Shown here piece by piece: positions 10,011-21,421 of a stretch of DNA of 64,000 nt. The stretch comes from Hydrurus foetidus (Eukaryota): the NCBI GenBank assembly GCA_900617105.1, contig UYFQ01000006.1, forward strand, positions 868,001 through 932,000, written 5' to 3'. The notes beneath the pieces are model-generated. The model was not told the DNA's origin. It saw nothing but the letters and a program-made list of their open reading frames with translations, and did no database searches. A program made the position numbers and the translations under genes. Each line of letters starts with the position of its first letter. The first letter of the stretch is position 1.

Positions 10011-10964
10011 ATGGAATTTTTTAAAATCAAACGTGACATTCCGTTCATGCGGAATGCGGTGGTTTTTAACCTCATCTCACTGCTCACTTTTTTAGCAGCG
10101 GTTTTCTTCTTGTTCAGCCGAGGCTTGCATCTGTCGGTTGAATTCACCGGGGGCACCTTGGTCGAGGTGAGCTACAGCCAAGCCGTTGACCTGGAAAAAG
10201 TACGCGCCACCATCGCCACCTTGGGTTATTCGGATGTGCAAGTGCAAAACTTTGGCACCTCAAGGGACGTGCTGATCCGTTTACCAGCACCCAAAGGTGT
10301 GAGTTCGGGTCAGCAAAGTGAAAAAGTCATTGCTGCGCTAAAGACCACCGATGCCTCCGCCACCCTGCGCCGCACCGAGTTTGTTGGCCCGCAGGTGGGC
10401 GAAGAGCTGGCTACCGACGGCCTGAAGGCCCTGGCCTTTGTAGTGATTGGCATCATGATTTATTTGGCGTTCCGCTTTGAGTGGAAGTACGCCGTGGCCG
10501 CCATCATTGCCAATTTGCACGATGTGATCATTATTTTGGGTTTTTTCGCCTTCTTTCAGTGGGAATTTTCATTACCCGTGTTGGCAGCGGTGCTGGCTGT
10601 GCTCGGATATTCTGTGAACGAATCGGTAGTCATTTTTGACCGTATCCGCGAAAATTTCCGACTCTACCGTAAGATGAACACTGTCGAAATCATCGACAAC
10701 GCCATCACCTCCACCATCAGCCGTACCATCATCACCCATGGGTCAACCCAGATCATGGTGCTGTCCATGCTGCTGTTTGGTGGCCCTACGCTGCATTATT
10801 TTGCTTTGGCGCTGACGATTGGTATTGTCTTTGGAATTTACTCGTCCGTGTTTGTGGCGGCTGCCATTGCCATGTGGCTTGGTATCAAGCGCGAAGATCT
10901 GGTGAAAACTACGGTTAAAAAAGAAGAAGACCCGAATGACCCGAATGCGGGCGCATCCGTCTAA
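10011..10964 (+). CDS. secF: Protein translocase subunit SecF
   Basis: VEFTGG, GYSVNESVVIFDRIRE motifs. Confidence 0.97.
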   Translation: MEFFKIKRDIPFMRNAVVFNLISLLTFLAAVFFLFSRGLHLSVEFTGGTLVEVSYSQAVDLEKVRATIATLGYSDVQVQNFGTSRDVLIRLPAPKGVSSGQQSEKVIAALKTTDASATLRRTEFVGPQVGEELATDGLKALAFVVIGIMIYLAFRFEWKYAVAAIIANLHDVIIILGFFAFFQWEFSLPVLAAVLAVLGYSVNESVVIFDRIRENFRLYRKMNTVEIIDNAITSTISRTIITHGSTQIMVLSMLLFGGPTLHYFALALTIGIVFGIYSSVFVAAAIAMWLGIKREDLVKTTVKKEEDPNDPNAGASV

Positions 10965-11014
10965 ACTGTACACTGACTTTAGCCTTTATATACCCGCCCC
11001 TCGTTCACGTTCAT

Positions 11015-13288
11015 ATGGCCTTGCCCGCATCCATACCCTCAGGTATCAGCCTTGCTAGGCAAGTGCGTGAGCAGTTTGTAGCCCATGCAGCAAGCGTGCT
11101 GTCTGGCCTGTCCACTGCCATTGCGGAGCGCTTAGTGGTACTGGTAGACCAAAGCGAAAGCACCCGGGATGCCCAACTGCGGCGGGATGCCCTGATGGCC
11201 CATCACAGGCTGGGCAGCGAATGGACACGCAACACGGTAGCAGTTTGGCGCAAAAGTTTGGCCTTGCCCGCATCCTCTAGGCAGCCTCAAGGCGACAGCA
11301 CCGTCTTAGCGTTGATCGACAACGACATTGTTGAAAACAAAATTCTCGCGTCACGCTTAGCCCTTGGCATGATGGACAAAGCAGGCGCAGAACTCAATGA
11401 ACTGCGCCTGCGCATTCAGCACTTGGAATCGTCTCGCGATTTGGCCCCTAACGACATCCTGCGCCCCGAAACGATGGCCCAGTTGATGGTTGACCAATGG
11501 ACACGCGCAGGCATGGACCGTTTCGCGTGGGTGCTGGTGCAAGATGTGGTGCAGCAGCACATGTTGGAAACGGTCACAGAATCCTACCGCTTGGCCAACC
11601 AGTACCTCGTTAGCCAAGGTGTATTGCCAGAGATTGACCTGAAAACTCAAATTCGTCGCTCAACCCAAGCGGCCGCAGTGACCAACGCCATCGGCTTGGT
11701 GGCTGGGCGCAGCAGCAGCGCCCAGAGTGGTGGCAGCCCGGATGCAGACAACGGGGGGGGCGATGGTGATGATAACGACTCCCCTGTCGGCCGCGCCCGC
11801 CACCGCGCTCAAGGGCTGATCGGGCAGCTCAAACGCGCATTGGGCGAACGTGAGGTGGATTTTGTGGCCACCCAGCCCTCTGCAGCCTTGGTCAAGGCCA
11901 TTGGTCAGTCTGCGGCCCAAGTGCAACAAGAGCAGACCGATCTGGGCACCAACATTGACGGCATCACGTTTGAAGCGGTCTCTGAAGGCTCTGGTGTAGC
12001 CCGTGTTGCCAATAATTTGCGTGACCGTACTTCGAGCATTAAAAAACAGGCTTCCACTTCAAGCGAAAAAGCCATCATTGAAATTGTCGCACTGATGTTC
12101 CAAAGCATCTTGGCTGAAGAGCGCATTCCACCCACCATTCGGGTCTGGTTTGCTCGGCTGCAAATGCCAGTCATGCGGGTCGCCCTGTTTGAACCTGAGT
12201 TTTTCAGCACCTTGCACCACCCCGCGCGCAAGCTGATCGACCATATGGGTTCGTGCGTACTGGGCTTTGACTCTCGCGCTATCAGCGGCAGTGCCTTAGA
12301 AAGCGAGATCAGACGCGTGGTTCAGGTGATCGAACAGTACCCCGATACCGGTCGTCGGGTGTTTCAGTTGGTGTATGACGAGTTCCAGAAGTTTTTATCC
12401 AAATACCTGACCGAGAAAAATTCTTCGCAGCGCGTGGTGACGTTGGCACAGCAGGTGGAGCAAAAAGAAACGCTGGCCATCCAGTACACCATTGAGATGC
12501 GCAACATGCTCAACAGCATGCCTGTGCGCGAGGAAATTCGCGAATTCCTATTTAAAGTCTGGGCTGAAGTGCTGGCGGTTGCTGCGATCAAAAACGGCCC
12601 GCAGCACGAAGAAACCATTATGCTCAAGCGTTCAGCATCTGATTTGGTCTGGGCGGCCAGCGCCAAACCCAGTCGGAGTGACCGGGCACAGGTGATTAGC
12701 GATTTGCCATTTTTGTTGCAGCGGCTGCGCCAAGGCATGGCTTTGCTGGGATTTGCCGGTACGCAGCAAGAAACCCACATCAAAGTGATTGGTGACACGC
12801 TGGCCGATGCCTTCATGTCCAAAACCGAATCTATTCCGCAAGACCGCATCGACGCGATGGCTGAGCGATTGGCGCACCTGGAAGACTTCATTATCCAAGA
12901 TGGCACTGGTGACATTCCGCTGGATGCGGCCAGCATTGAAATGTTGGTAGGTCTTGATGCCAGCTCCATTGTGGTGGTGGCAGATGGCGGCTCCAAACCC
13001 AGCCAAGCCATGCTAGCTTGGGCGCAAGAGCTGCAAACGGGGACATGGTATACGCTCGACCACAGCAACGTCACCACGCAAGTGCAGTTTGTCTGGCGCA
13101 GCGAGCGCAAGCAACTTCACCTGTTTGCATCTGTGGATGGCCGCAGCTACCTGATTCAAGCGCGGCGATTGGCGGCTTACCTGCAAGCCGGCCTGCTGGT
13201 GCCCCAAGAGGAAGAAGCTTTGACGGTGCGCGCTACACGCAATGCACTGGCCAAACTGGATGCAAATCCTGAACGGCTGTTGAACTGA
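11015..13288 (+). CDS. DUF1631-family protein
   Basis: 757-aa helical protein with RLQMPVMRVA..EPEFF...HPARKLID signature and C-terminal beta domain. Confidence 0.75.
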   Translation: MALPASIPSGISLARQVREQFVAHAASVLSGLSTAIAERLVVLVDQSESTRDAQLRRDALMAHHRLGSEWTRNTVAVWRKSLALPASSRQPQGDSTVLALIDNDIVENKILASRLALGMMDKAGAELNELRLRIQHLESSRDLAPNDILRPETMAQLMVDQWTRAGMDRFAWVLVQDVVQQHMLETVTESYRLANQYLVSQGVLPEIDLKTQIRRSTQAAAVTNAIGLVAGRSSSAQSGGSPDADNGGGDGDDNDSPVGRARHRAQGLIGQLKRALGEREVDFVATQPSAALVKAIGQSAAQVQQEQTDLGTNIDGITFEAVSEGSGVARVANNLRDRTSSIKKQASTSSEKAIIEIVALMFQSILAEERIPPTIRVWFARLQMPVMRVALFEPEFFSTLHHPARKLIDHMGSCVLGFDSRAISGSALESEIRRVVQVIEQYPDTGRRVFQLVYDEFQKFLSKYLTEKNSSQRVVTLAQQVEQKETLAIQYTIEMRNMLNSMPVREEIREFLFKVWAEVLAVAAIKNGPQHEETIMLKRSASDLVWAASAKPSRSDRAQVISDLPFLLQRLRQGMALLGFAGTQQETHIKVIGDTLADAFMSKTESIPQDRIDAMAERLAHLEDFIIQDGTGDIPLDAASIEMLVGLDASSIVVVADGGSKPSQAMLAWAQELQTGTWYTLDHSNVTTQVQFVWRSERKQLHLFASVDGRSYLIQARRLAAYLQAGLLVPQEEEALTVRATRNALAKLDANPERLLN

Positions 13289-13395
13289 ACAGCTGTTGAT
13301 GCCGCAAAAAAACCAGCTTGACCGGTCACGGCAGCTGGCTTTTGAACGCAGACACCGCGAACATGATCCACGGTGCTCCATGCAGCGCCATCACC

Positions 13396-14664
13396 TTATG
13401 CTGCCCCCACGCGCTGAAACAAGCCACCGGGCAAGCGAGCCAGATGACCGTCCAGCTCCAACGTCAACAGTTCTGCTTGCAACGCGGGCGTGGGCAGGCC
13501 GGTACGGGCTTGCAAGGCATCCAGGCCCACCGGGTCAAACCCGAGAGCTTGCAACAAGCTGCTTTCCGGGGCGATGGGTAACTCAATTGGGTTTTTATCG
13601 CTTACCTGGCGTGCTACAGGTGCTGCTTTTTTGATAGCAGTCTGAGGTTTCTCGGGTCGCCACTGCCCAAACTCTTCCAACACATCCTGGGCCGATTCGA
13701 CCAGCTTTGCACCCTGCTTGATAAGCGCATGGCAACCGCGGGACTGCGCTGCGTGGATCGAGCCGGGAATGGCAAACACATCTTTGCCTTGCTCGGAAGC
13801 CAGCCGCGCCGTGATGAGCGAGCCGGATTTGAGTGCGGCTTCCACCACTAGCGTCGCTTTAGAGAGGCCCGCGATGAGGCGGTTGCGGCGTGGAAAGTTC
13901 GCAGACATCGGCGGCGTGCCCAACGGGTATTCGCTGACCAGCAAGCCCTGAGATGCGATGCGGTGCGCCAGTTCAAAGTGCTGCTTGGGGTACACGCGGT
14001 CTAAGCCCGTGCCCACCACGGCCACGGTGGCTAAATGGGTGACAAGACCAGCGCCATCTGGTCCGTCTTTGCGTGCTGCCACAGCGGCGGCATCCAACGC
14101 GCCTGCATGGGCCGCGCCATCCACACCCAGGGCCAAGCCGGACACCACCGTCAGCCCCGCACCTACCAATGCTTTGGCAAACTGCCGCGCGTTTTCTTCC
14201 CCCTGTGGCGTTGGGTTGCGACTGCCCACCATCGCAATCGCGTTGCTCGCCTGGAACAAGGCCATGCCGCCAGCACTGTCGTCCTCCAAGTTAGCCCCCA
14301 CACCCATCACATACAGCAACAGCGGTGGGTCTTCCATGTTGAGCAGATCAATGGGGTAGGCGCTGTCGCCCAAGGTGACGATGCAGCGCGGCGCGGACGC
14401 TGGCTTTGAATCTGACGCTGTGGCACCGTCCAGCCACGCCTGCGTTTGCGCCCATTGCGCCTCGAAGTTTGGCGGCAACTGCCGCACCGCGTCAGCCACC
14501 TTGGCGCTGACCACCTGCTGTAATGCAGTGGCGCTGGCCTCAAAAACAGCCTCTGGCAGCCCAAAAGCGGCCAGCAGCTTGCGCGCGCCCTCGTTGCCCA
14601 AGCCGGGCGTTAAGGTCAGTCGCAGCCAAGCGGACAAGGCACGGGTGTCGCGGCTCACAGGCAT
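13396..14664 (-). CDS. dprA: DNA-processing protein DprA
   Basis: AMVGSRNPT, VVSGLALGVDGAAH, FPRRNRLIAGL, KSGSLITA motifs. Confidence 0.95.
   Translation of the reverse strand: MPVSRDTRALSAWLRLTLTPGLGNEGARKLLAAFGLPEAVFEASATALQQVVSAKVADAVRQLPPNFEAQWAQTQAWLDGATASDSKPASAPRCIVTLGDSAYPIDLLNMEDPPLLLYVMGVGANLEDDSAGGMALFQASNAIAMVGSRNPTPQGEENARQFAKALVGAGLTVVSGLALGVDGAAHAGALDAAAVAARKDGPDGAGLVTHLATVAVVGTGLDRVYPKQHFELAHRIASQGLLVSEYPLGTPPMSANFPRRNRLIAGLSKATLVVEAALKSGSLITARLASEQGKDVFAIPGSIHAAQSRGCHALIKQGAKLVESAQDVLEEFGQWRPEKPQTAIKKAAPVARQVSDKNPIELPIAPESSLLQALGFDPVGLDALQARTGLPTPALQAELLTLELDGHLARLPGGLFQRVGAA
13580..13638 (-). repeat. Dispersed motif copy (dprA linker)
   Basis: Minus strand GCTATCAAAAAAGCAGC-ACCTGTA-GC-ACGCCAG-GTAAGC-GATAAAAACCCA-ATT. 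Confidence 0.85.
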
Positions 14665-14675
14665 GTCAGACAGGG

Positions 14676-15932
14676 TTATGGACGGGGGCTGGTCACCCTA
14701 TCACCGACCTTGGCACCATCGGTAATTTGCAGAATCAAACCGTAAGACAGCGTCTCAAACGGCCGAAACACCATCACCAACCCATTGCGCTCGTTAGGCA
14801 GCTTGATTTCCACCGGTGTACCGCTGGTACGGTCAATAACGCGGGGGCCGTCTTTCAGCATCGCCAGCACATGACCGACTTGCAAGCCATCGCGGGTGCC
14901 TTTGTTGATGACCACAATTTGGTTCTGCGCGGCATTTCTCACGGCGCTGCCGTAGACCGACACAATGCGCCCGTCCATCGGGCCGTCCGGGGCGCGAGGC
15001 ACGTAGTTGGCGATGGTGCGGGGCGGCTCGGGGAGCAGACGGTCGCCCACCCGCATTTCCTCTTTCGATCCCACGATGTCGATGCTGGCAGGCACGGTGT
15101 CAAGCTGCGGTTTGCCGTCTTTGCCCACAACCTCACTCACCGTTTGCCCACGCACCAGCGTAGCTTTGCCCACGTACTGCGCCTCGTAGCCCAGCACCAC
15201 CGCTGTTTCAGGGTCTTTCAGGGGTGTCACATTGCGAAAGATTCGGTAGGTTTTGGATTGTCCGGGCACCTCAACCAAGGGGGTGGCCACGTCACCCAGC
15301 ACATAGGCGCGGTCGCCTTTGCTGAGCAGCACACGGCCTTCTTGTGCGGACACGATGCGCGGCGCTTTGCTCAAGGCCGCTTCATCTACGATCATCGGTT
15401 CGGCTAAAAATGGCTCAATTATTTGGTTTTTGAGTGTAGGCAAGGCGGCCTCAGCCAAGCTCTCATAGCGAGTGCGCGGTGACACGCGAACCGTAGCCAT
15501 GCCCCCATTACCGGCATTGCCCACCCCCTCGTCACCCAAACGGGTGGTGCGCAAACGTGCCCGTCCACCGTCTTTTTCTAAAAACAGCTGCTGCCCCGGA
15601 AAAATGCGGTGCGGGTTTTGAATTTCTTGCAAATTCATTCCCCACAGCTCAGGCCAGCGCCAAGGGCGCTTTAAAAACAAGCCTGAGATGCCCCACAGCG
15701 TGTCGCCGCTCTTCACCGTGTAGCTGTCAGGCGCGTCGGTGGCCAGCTCGTCCAAAGGCACGCCGGCCTGAGCAACTTGCTGCGCCGTGGCCTTTTGGGC
15801 GGGCGTGATAGGGAAGTTCTGCGCCACAGCGGGAACAGAGGCCGTGGCAAGGGCCAATGCCAGCAGCGACAAGCGCCATGCGGGGCATACAACGTGATTT
15901 AGCCGGGCAATGGACGGGGCGGTGGTATTCAT
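14676..15932 (-). CDS. LysM peptidoglycan-binding protein (TsaP-like)
   Basis: [25 protein letters not shown]ysM; conserved position between def and dprA. Confidence 0.85.
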   Translation of the reverse strand: MNTTAPSIARLNHVVCPAWRLSLLALALATASVPAVAQNFPITPAQKATAQQVAQAGVPLDELATDAPDSYTVKSGDTLWGISGLFLKRPWRWPELWGMNLQEIQNPHRIFPGQQLFLEKDGGRARLRTTRLGDEGVGNAGNGGMATVRVSPRTRYESLAEAALPTLKNQIIEPFLAEPMIVDEAALSKAPRIVSAQEGRVLLSKGDRAYVLGDVATPLVEVPGQSKTYRIFRNVTPLKDPETAVVLGYEAQYVGKATLVRGQTVSEVVGKDGKPQLDTVPASIDIVGSKEEMRVGDRLLPEPPRTIANYVPRAPDGPMDGRIVSVYGSAVRNAAQNQIVVINKGTRDGLQVGHVLAMLKDGPRVIDRTSGTPVEIKLPNERNGLVMVFRPFETLSYGLILQITDGAKVGDRVTSPRP

Positions 15933-16090
15933 ACGGTACGAAAATCCTCAAACAACGCTGTGTATCTCGGCTCAAGTCGCGCGATTTTGCGCTTACGCCC
16001 TGTGCAGGGCAACGAGGCTTCTTATTTGACACTATAGCGTTCGCTGAAAGTAGCGAAAATAGCGGATTACTTTTTGTGCTGATCGCTACT

Positions 16091-16600
16091 ATGGCTCTTC
16101 TCCCTATCCTTTGTTACCCCAACCCCAAGCTGCACACCGTGGCGCGTACCGTCGCGGTCGTCGATGCCCGCATCCAAACCCTGGTGGACGACATGCTGGA
16201 CACCATGTACGACGCCAAAGGCATCGGCCTCGCCGCCAGCCAAGTCGATGTGCATGAGCGCGTGGTGGTGATTGACGTGTCCGAAGAGCGCGACCAACCC
16301 TTGGTGCTTATCAACCCCGAAATCACCTGGGCCAGCGCTGAGAAAATCTTGAACGAAGAGGGCTGCCTCTCCGTGCCCGACATTTACGACGGCGTAGAGC
16401 GCGCGACCTCGGTGCGCGTCACAGCGCTGGACAAAAACGGCCAGCCCCACAGCTTTGAAGCCGATGGCCTGCTCGCCATGTGCGTGCAGCATGAACTGGA
16501 CCACCTGCTGGGCAAAGTCTTCGTCGAGTACCTCTCGCCGCTCAAGCGCAACCGCATCAAAACCAAAATGCTCAAAGCCCAACGCCAGGACAAAGACTGA
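16091..16600 (+). CDS. def: Peptide deformylase
   Basis: GIGLAA.Q, EGCLS, QHELDHL motifs. Confidence 0.97.
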   Translation: MALLPILCYPNPKLHTVARTVAVVDARIQTLVDDMLDTMYDAKGIGLAASQVDVHERVVVIDVSEERDQPLVLINPEITWASAEKILNEEGCLSVPDIYDGVERATSVRVTALDKNGQPHSFEADGLLAMCVQHELDHLLGKVFVEYLSPLKRNRIKTKMLKAQRQDKD

Positions 16601-17610
16601 TGTGCAGCGCCCCCAAACCCTTTCGCGTCATTTTTGCCGGTACGCCTGAATTCGCCAGCGTCGCCTTGGCAGAATTGCTCGCCGCCGGGTTTGAAGTCCC
16701 TCTGGTGCTGACCCAGCCCGACCGCCCCGCCGGGCGCGGCATGAAGCTGCAAGCTTCCGCCGTGAAACTGTTGGCGCTGCAACACGGTATCCCCGTTGCC
16801 CAGCCCCGCAGCCTGCGCTTGGACGGCAAATACCCCGAAGACGCTGCTGCCGCGCAAGCTGCTATCAAAAACGCAGCTGCTGACGCTGCTGTGGTCGCGG
16901 CTTATGGCCTCATTCTTCCTGAATGGGTGCTGCAATCCCCGCCACTAGGTTGCTTCAACATCCACGCCAGCCTGTTGCCCCGTTGGCGGGGTGCCGCGCC
17001 CATCCACCGGGCCATCGAAGCCGGGGACGCACACACCGGCATCACCCTGATGCAAATGGACGCGGGCCTGGACACCGGCGACATGCTGCTGACCGAGCGC
17101 CTCGCCATCGCCACCACCGACACCACCGCCACGCTGCACGACAAGCTCGCCGCGATGGGGGGCCGCATGGCGGTCAACGCGCTGAGGCTCGCCACCGCCG
17201 GGGCACTGCAACCCGTTAAGCAGCCCGAAACAGGTATCACCTACGCGCACAAAATCGACAAAGCCGAAGCGCTGATCGACTGGTCGCAACCCGCCGAGGT
17301 GATTGAGCGCCGCATCCGCGCCTTCAATCCCTTCCCCGGTGCCAGTACCGTGCTGGGTGCAGATACGCTCAAAATCTGGAGCGCAGAAATAATCCAAAAT
17401 GATAGCGGTATACGCCCATCAGATAAGCTGAATGGGGCTATTTTGCAAGTTAACCCTGACAGCATCACCGTCCACACCGGCTCTGCGCCCCTGCGCTTGA
17501 CGGCGTTGCAACGTGCAGGTGGCAAGCGCTTGCCCGTGGCTGACTTTCTGCGTGGATTTCCGCTGGAAGTCGGCATGGTGATGGGTTCTGCCACAAAGTC
17601 TGATGAATAG
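16600..17610 (+). CDS. fmt: Methionyl-tRNA formyltransferase
   Basis: [34 protein letters not shown] motifs. Confidence 0.97.
   Translation: MCSAPKPFRVIFAGTPEFASVALAELLAAGFEVPLVLTQPDRPAGRGMKLQASAVKLLALQHGIPVAQPRSLRLDGKYPEDAAAAQAAIKNAAADAAVVAAYGLILPEWVLQSPPLGCFNIHASLLPRWRGAAPIHRAIEAGDAHTGITLMQMDAGLDTGDMLLTERLAIATTDTTATLHDKLAAMGGRMAVNALRLATAGALQPVKQPETGITYAHKIDKAEALIDWSQPAEVIERRIRAFNPFPGASTVLGADTLKIWSAEIIQNDSGIRPSDKLNGAILQVNPDSITVHTGSAPLRLTALQRAGGKRLPVADFLRGFPLEVGMVMGSATKSDE
16861..16890 (+). repeat. Dispersed motif copy (fmt, copy 1)
   Basis: GCTATCAAAAACGCAGC-TGCTGAC-GC. Confidence 0.75.
17390..17446 (+). repeat. Dispersed motif copy (fmt, copy 2; left half-core degenerate)
   Basis: TAATCCAAAATGATAGC-GGTATAC-GC-CCATCAG-ATAAGC-TGAATGGGGCTA-TTT. 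Confidence 0.75.
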
Positions 17611-17708
17611 CGCGGGTGGCGCAAACCTAAAATCAATGTGCGCCACCAGCGCCCTCATCACCCCCCTTTTCTGCACTTTCTGTCCCTTCAACCCCTCACG
17701 ACAACGCC

Positions 17709-18902
17709 ATGAACTTCATCCGCTTCTCTGACCTCTGCGCCCAAGGCCGTGCCCAAAACCAACGTGTCTTCATCCGTGCCGATCTGAACGTACCCCAAGA
17801 TGACGCGGGCCACATCACAGAAGACACCCGCATCCGCGCCTCGGTGCCCTGCATCCAAATGGCGCTGGACGCTGGCGCAGCGGTGATGGTCACGTCGCAC
17901 CTGGGTCGCCCCACCGAGGGTGAATTCAAACCTGCTGACTCCTTGGCCCCCGTCGCCAAACGCCTGGGTGAACTCTTAGGCCGTGACGTGCCGCTGGTCA
18001 GCAACTGGGTGGACGGGGTCACTGTGGCCCCCGGCCAGGTCGTGCTGCTGGAAAACTGCCGCGTCAACAAGGGCGAGAAAAAGAACAACGAAGACCTCGC
18101 CAAAAAGCTCGCCGCCCTGTGCGACATCTTCGTCCACGACGCTTTCGGCACTGCCCACCGTGCAGAAGCCACCACCTATGGCATCGCCCAGTTCGCGCCC
18201 ATCGCCAGCGCAGGCCCCCTCTTGGCCGCTGAAATGGATGCCATCAGCAAAGCCCTGGCCGCTCCCAAGCACCCCCTGATCGCCATCGTGGCGGGCAGCA
18301 AAGTCAGCACCAAATTGACGATTTTGGAAGCGCTGTCGGGCAAAGTAGACGGTTTGATCGTGGGCGGCGGCATCGCCAACACCTTCATGCTGGCCGCTGG
18401 CCTCAACATCGGCAAGAGCTTGGCTGAGCCTGATTTGGTGGACAAAGCCCGCACCGTGATCGCCGACATGAAGGCCCGTGGTGCGGATGTGCCGATCCCC
18501 ACCGACGTGGTGTGCGCCAAAAGCTTCAGCGCCGATGCCGTGGCCACCGTCAAAGCCGCTACCGACGTGGCCGACGATGATTTGATCCTGGACATTGGCC
18601 CAGAGACCGCCGCCCGACTGGCCGTCCAGCTCAAAGCCGCTGGCACCATCGTCTGGAACGGCCCCGTTGGCGTGTTCGAATTCGACGCCTTCGCCCACGG
18701 CACCGAAGCAATAGCCCGCGCCATCGCCGACAGTGCTGCGTTTTCGATAGCAGGCGGTGGCGACACCCTGGCCGCTATCGCTAAATACGGCATTGAGGAA
18801 CAAGTCGGTTACATCTCCACCGGCGGCGGTGCTTTCTTGGAAGTGCTGGAAGGCAAGACCCTGCCTGCGTTTGAGATTTTGCAGAAGCGGGCGAATGGGT
18901 AA
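17709..18902 (+). CDS. pgk: Phosphoglycerate kinase
   Basis: [35 protein letters not shown] motifs. Confidence 0.97.
   Translation: MNFIRFSDLCAQGRAQNQRVFIRADLNVPQDDAGHITEDTRIRASVPCIQMALDAGAAVMVTSHLGRPTEGEFKPADSLAPVAKRLGELLGRDVPLVSNWVDGVTVAPGQVVLLENCRVNKGEKKNNEDLAKKLAALCDIFVHDAFGTAHRAEATTYGIAQFAPIASAGPLLAAEMDAISKALAAPKHPLIAIVAGSKVSTKLTILEALSGKVDGLIVGGGIANTFMLAAGLNIGKSLAEPDLVDKARTVIADMKARGADVPIPTDVVCAKSFSADAVATVKAATDVADDDLILDIGPETAARLAVQLKAAGTIVWNGPVGVFEFDAFAHGTEAIARAIADSAAFSIAGGGDTLAAIAKYGIEEQVGYISTGGGAFLEVLEGKTLPAFEILQKRANG
18710..18751 (-). repeat. Dispersed motif copy (inside pgk)
   Basis: Core GCTGCGTTTTCGATAGC 18735-18751 overlapping the conserved FSIAGGGDT; minus tail ACTGTCG-GC. Confidence 0.7.
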
Positions 18903-18915
18903 CGGCTCGCACCCA

Positions 18916-19425
18916 TCAACTCAACTTGGCATCTTGGCGTAACAACGCCAAGCCCAGCTGTACAGCGTTCGCCGCCATCACCTTGTCCAGCGTCAGCAGA
19001 TGCGACGCGCCAGAGCGCACTGCAACCGCTAAATGCAAGGCATCGCCCGCACGCAAACCCGACGCTGCTTTGCGGCACAGCACGGCGGCGTGGTCATAGT
19101 CTTTGGCGGCCAAGGGCAACAATTCCAGCTCGTCTTGCGCCAACGTGTCAAAACGCTGGCAAAGCTCGTCAGCCAGCGCTGCCGTTAATTCGCCACGCCG
19201 CACTTTGATCGACAACGCACTAGAGATTTCCACCACCGACCAGCGCGAAGTCACCAAGGCACCCGTCTCGTTTTCTAACCAGTCTTGCAACCATGCGCTG
19301 CCGGGTTCGTTGGCCAGCAGGGCAATCCACACGCACACATCCACATAGACGGTACGCAGCGGCGGGGGTGCTTGTGTTGGTGTCAATGACTTCAGCGTCG
19401 TCTTCTTCGTGCTCGTCATGCTCAA
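18916..19425 (-). CDS. vapC: VapC-family PIN-domain toxin
   Basis: VYVD.., VE..SALSIKVR, LRAGDALHLAVA, LLTLD PIN acidic residues; 4-nt overlap with upstream antitoxin. Confidence 0.85.
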   Translation of the reverse strand: MSMTSTKKTTLKSLTPTQAPPPLRTVYVDVCVWIALLANEPGSAWLQDWLENETGALVTSRWSVVEISSALSIKVRRGELTAALADELCQRFDTLAQDELELLPLAAKDYDHAAVLCRKAASGLRAGDALHLAVAVRSGASHLLTLDKVMAANAVQLGLALLRQDAKLS

Positions 19426-19667
19426 TACCGGTCAAGATCATCTCTGGCGATGGGCTGGGTGACAGGCACTTGCTGGTGCAATGCACGCAAACCCGCTACA
19501 AAGGCGCCGCGGCCTGGGGGCTTGCTGCGCGGCACGATTCGCAGCATCTTCAAACCCAAGACTTCGGCGTGCAACACCGAGCCTTCGGACACCGACAACG
19601 CTTTAGCCATGTTGGCAGGCAAGCGTACCGCCAAGCTGTTGCCCCACTTTGCGACTTGCAGATTCAT
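19422..19667 (-). CDS. AbrB/MazE/SpoVT-family antitoxin
   Basis: VAKWGNSLAVRLP swapped-hairpin signature. Confidence 0.88.
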   Translation of the reverse strand: MNLQVAKWGNSLAVRLPANMAKALSVSEGSVLHAEVLGLKMLRIVPRSKPPGRGAFVAGLRALHQQVPVTQPIARDDLDRY

Positions 19668-19682
19668 AGCGACACCTTAAAA

Positions 19683-19706
19683 GTAGATACACGTTTATCC
19701 ATTGTA
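19683..19706 (-). promoter_or_regulatory. Putative TA promoter/operator
   Basis: Minus-strand -10 TACAAT adjoining imperfect palindrome GTAGATACAC/GTTTATCCAT just upstream of the antitoxin. Confidence 0.5.
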
Positions 19707-19810
19707 AATCCGCAATGGCCTACCCCCTCGTAGATTTCGTTCCTCGCTTGTTCCTCTACAGCGCCAGTTCACTGCCACAATTCCAGTTCAACTACATGAA
19801 AAGAGATCCG

Positions 19811-21259
19811 ATGATGGAGACACGCATCCCCCGCCATGCCACCAAAATTGTGGCCACCCTTGGGCCCGCTTCCAATACGGTGGAGTTGATCGAGCAAATG
19901 ATCCGCGCCAAAGTCAGCGTGGTGCGGCTGAATTTCAGCCACGGCAAGGCGCAAGACCACATTGAACGAGCAGCGATGGTGCGCGAAGCAGCCCGCCGCG
20001 CCGGGCGCGAAGTTGCCATCATGGCCGACTTGCAAGGCCCGAAAATCCGCGTTGGCAAGTTTGCTGAGGGCAAAGTCTTTTTGGAACCCGGTGCTAAGTT
20101 TGTACTGGACGGCGAGCGCACCGAACTGGGTGACGTGCACGCCGTGGGCCTCGATTACAAAGAGCTGCCCCAGGATGTCAAAGCGGGCGATGTGCTGTTG
20201 TTGAACGACGGCCTCATCATGCTGACGGTAGACAAAGTGGTAGGCGAAGCCGTTCACACCACGGTCAACCTGGGCGGCGAGCTGTCCAACAACAAAGGCA
20301 TCAACAAAAAGGGCGGCGGCCTGACCGCCCCAGCGTTGACCGCCAAGGACATGGAAGACATCAAAACCGCGATGAGCTTCCAGGCCGATTACGTGGCGGT
20401 GAGCTTTCCGCAGAACGCAACCGACATGGAAATGGCCCGCCAACTCTGCAACGTGGCGGCGGCTGAGTTCAAGCACAAGCCCGGGATGATTGCCAAAATT
20501 GAACGCGCAGAAGCCATTCCGCACCTGGAAAGCATCCTCAAAGCCAGCGATGGCATCATGGTTGCCCGTGGCGATTTGGCGGTTGAAGTGGGCAACGCTG
20601 CCGTGCCTGCGTTGCAAAAACGCATGATCAAAATGGCCCGCGCGATGGACAAATTTGCCATCACTGCCACGCAAATGATGGAAAGCATGATCAGCGCCCC
20701 CATTCCTACCCGTGCTGAGGTGAGCGACGTGGCCAACGCTGTGCTGGACGGCACAGATGCTGTGATGTTGAGCGCAGAAACCGCATCGGGCAAATACCCT
20801 CTGGAAACCGTGCAAGAGATGAGCCGCATTTGCGAAGCCGCTGAAAAAGCCGAGCATGTGGAACTTGATGGCGGCTTCACCAGCAAAAACACTACCCGCA
20901 TCGACCAAACCATTGCCATGGGTGCGCTGTTCACTGCTCACCACCTGGGTGCCAAGGCCATTGTGGCGCTGACCGACAGCGGCAGCACGCCTTTGTGGAT
21001 GAGCCGCCACCGCATCGACGTGCCCATCTATGCACTGACACCCCGCATTGCTACGCAGCGCAAGATGGCGATTTACCGCAACGTGCGCCCTTTGCTGGTA
21101 GCCACCATCACTGACCGAGATTCGGCGCTGACGCAGGCTGAAAAGTATTTGAAGAAACGTGGCATTGTGAGAACCGGTGACGTGTATGCCATCACTTGCG
21201 GCGAGCCTATGGGTGCACCGGGGGGCACCAACATGTTGAAAATTTGTCGCGTTGAATAG
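19811..21259 (+). CDS. pyk: Pyruvate kinase
   Basis: TKIVATLGPA, RLNFSHG, DLQGPKIR, MVARGDL, ATQMMESM motifs. Confidence 0.97.
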   Translation: MMETRIPRHATKIVATLGPASNTVELIEQMIRAKVSVVRLNFSHGKAQDHIERAAMVREAARRAGREVAIMADLQGPKIRVGKFAEGKVFLEPGAKFVLDGERTELGDVHAVGLDYKELPQDVKAGDVLLLNDGLIMLTVDKVVGEAVHTTVNLGGELSNNKGINKKGGGLTAPALTAKDMEDIKTAMSFQADYVAVSFPQNATDMEMARQLCNVAAAEFKHKPGMIAKIERAEAIPHLESILKASDGIMVARGDLAVEVGNAAVPALQKRMIKMARAMDKFAITATQMMESMISAPIPTRAEVSDVANAVLDGTDAVMLSAETASGKYPLETVQEMSRICEAAEKAEHVELDGGFTSKNTTRIDQTIAMGALFTAHHLGAKAIVALTDSGSTPLWMSRHRIDVPIYALTPRIATQRKMAIYRNVRPLLVATITDRDSALTQAEKYLKKRGIVRTGDVYAITCGEPMGAPGGTNMLKICRVE

Positions 21260-21421
21260 TCTGAAGTGGCCAAGGTTAGACAATAAAGAGACACGACGCA
21301 CCGACCTTCGTCATGGGGGCTGTGGTGTGATTTGTGAATACGCCACAGTGACGTGCTACGAAGTTAAAATCGATGCCAGTTACAAACCGGTTACCAATTT
21401 TTAACTTTAAGGATTCTCACC

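Noticed and set aside
1869..21301. Long antisense ORFs (e.g. 1869-3257, 17976-18803, 19769-21301)
   Set aside because: Shadow ORFs opposite well-supported genes, expected in high-GC DNA; no recognisable motifs.
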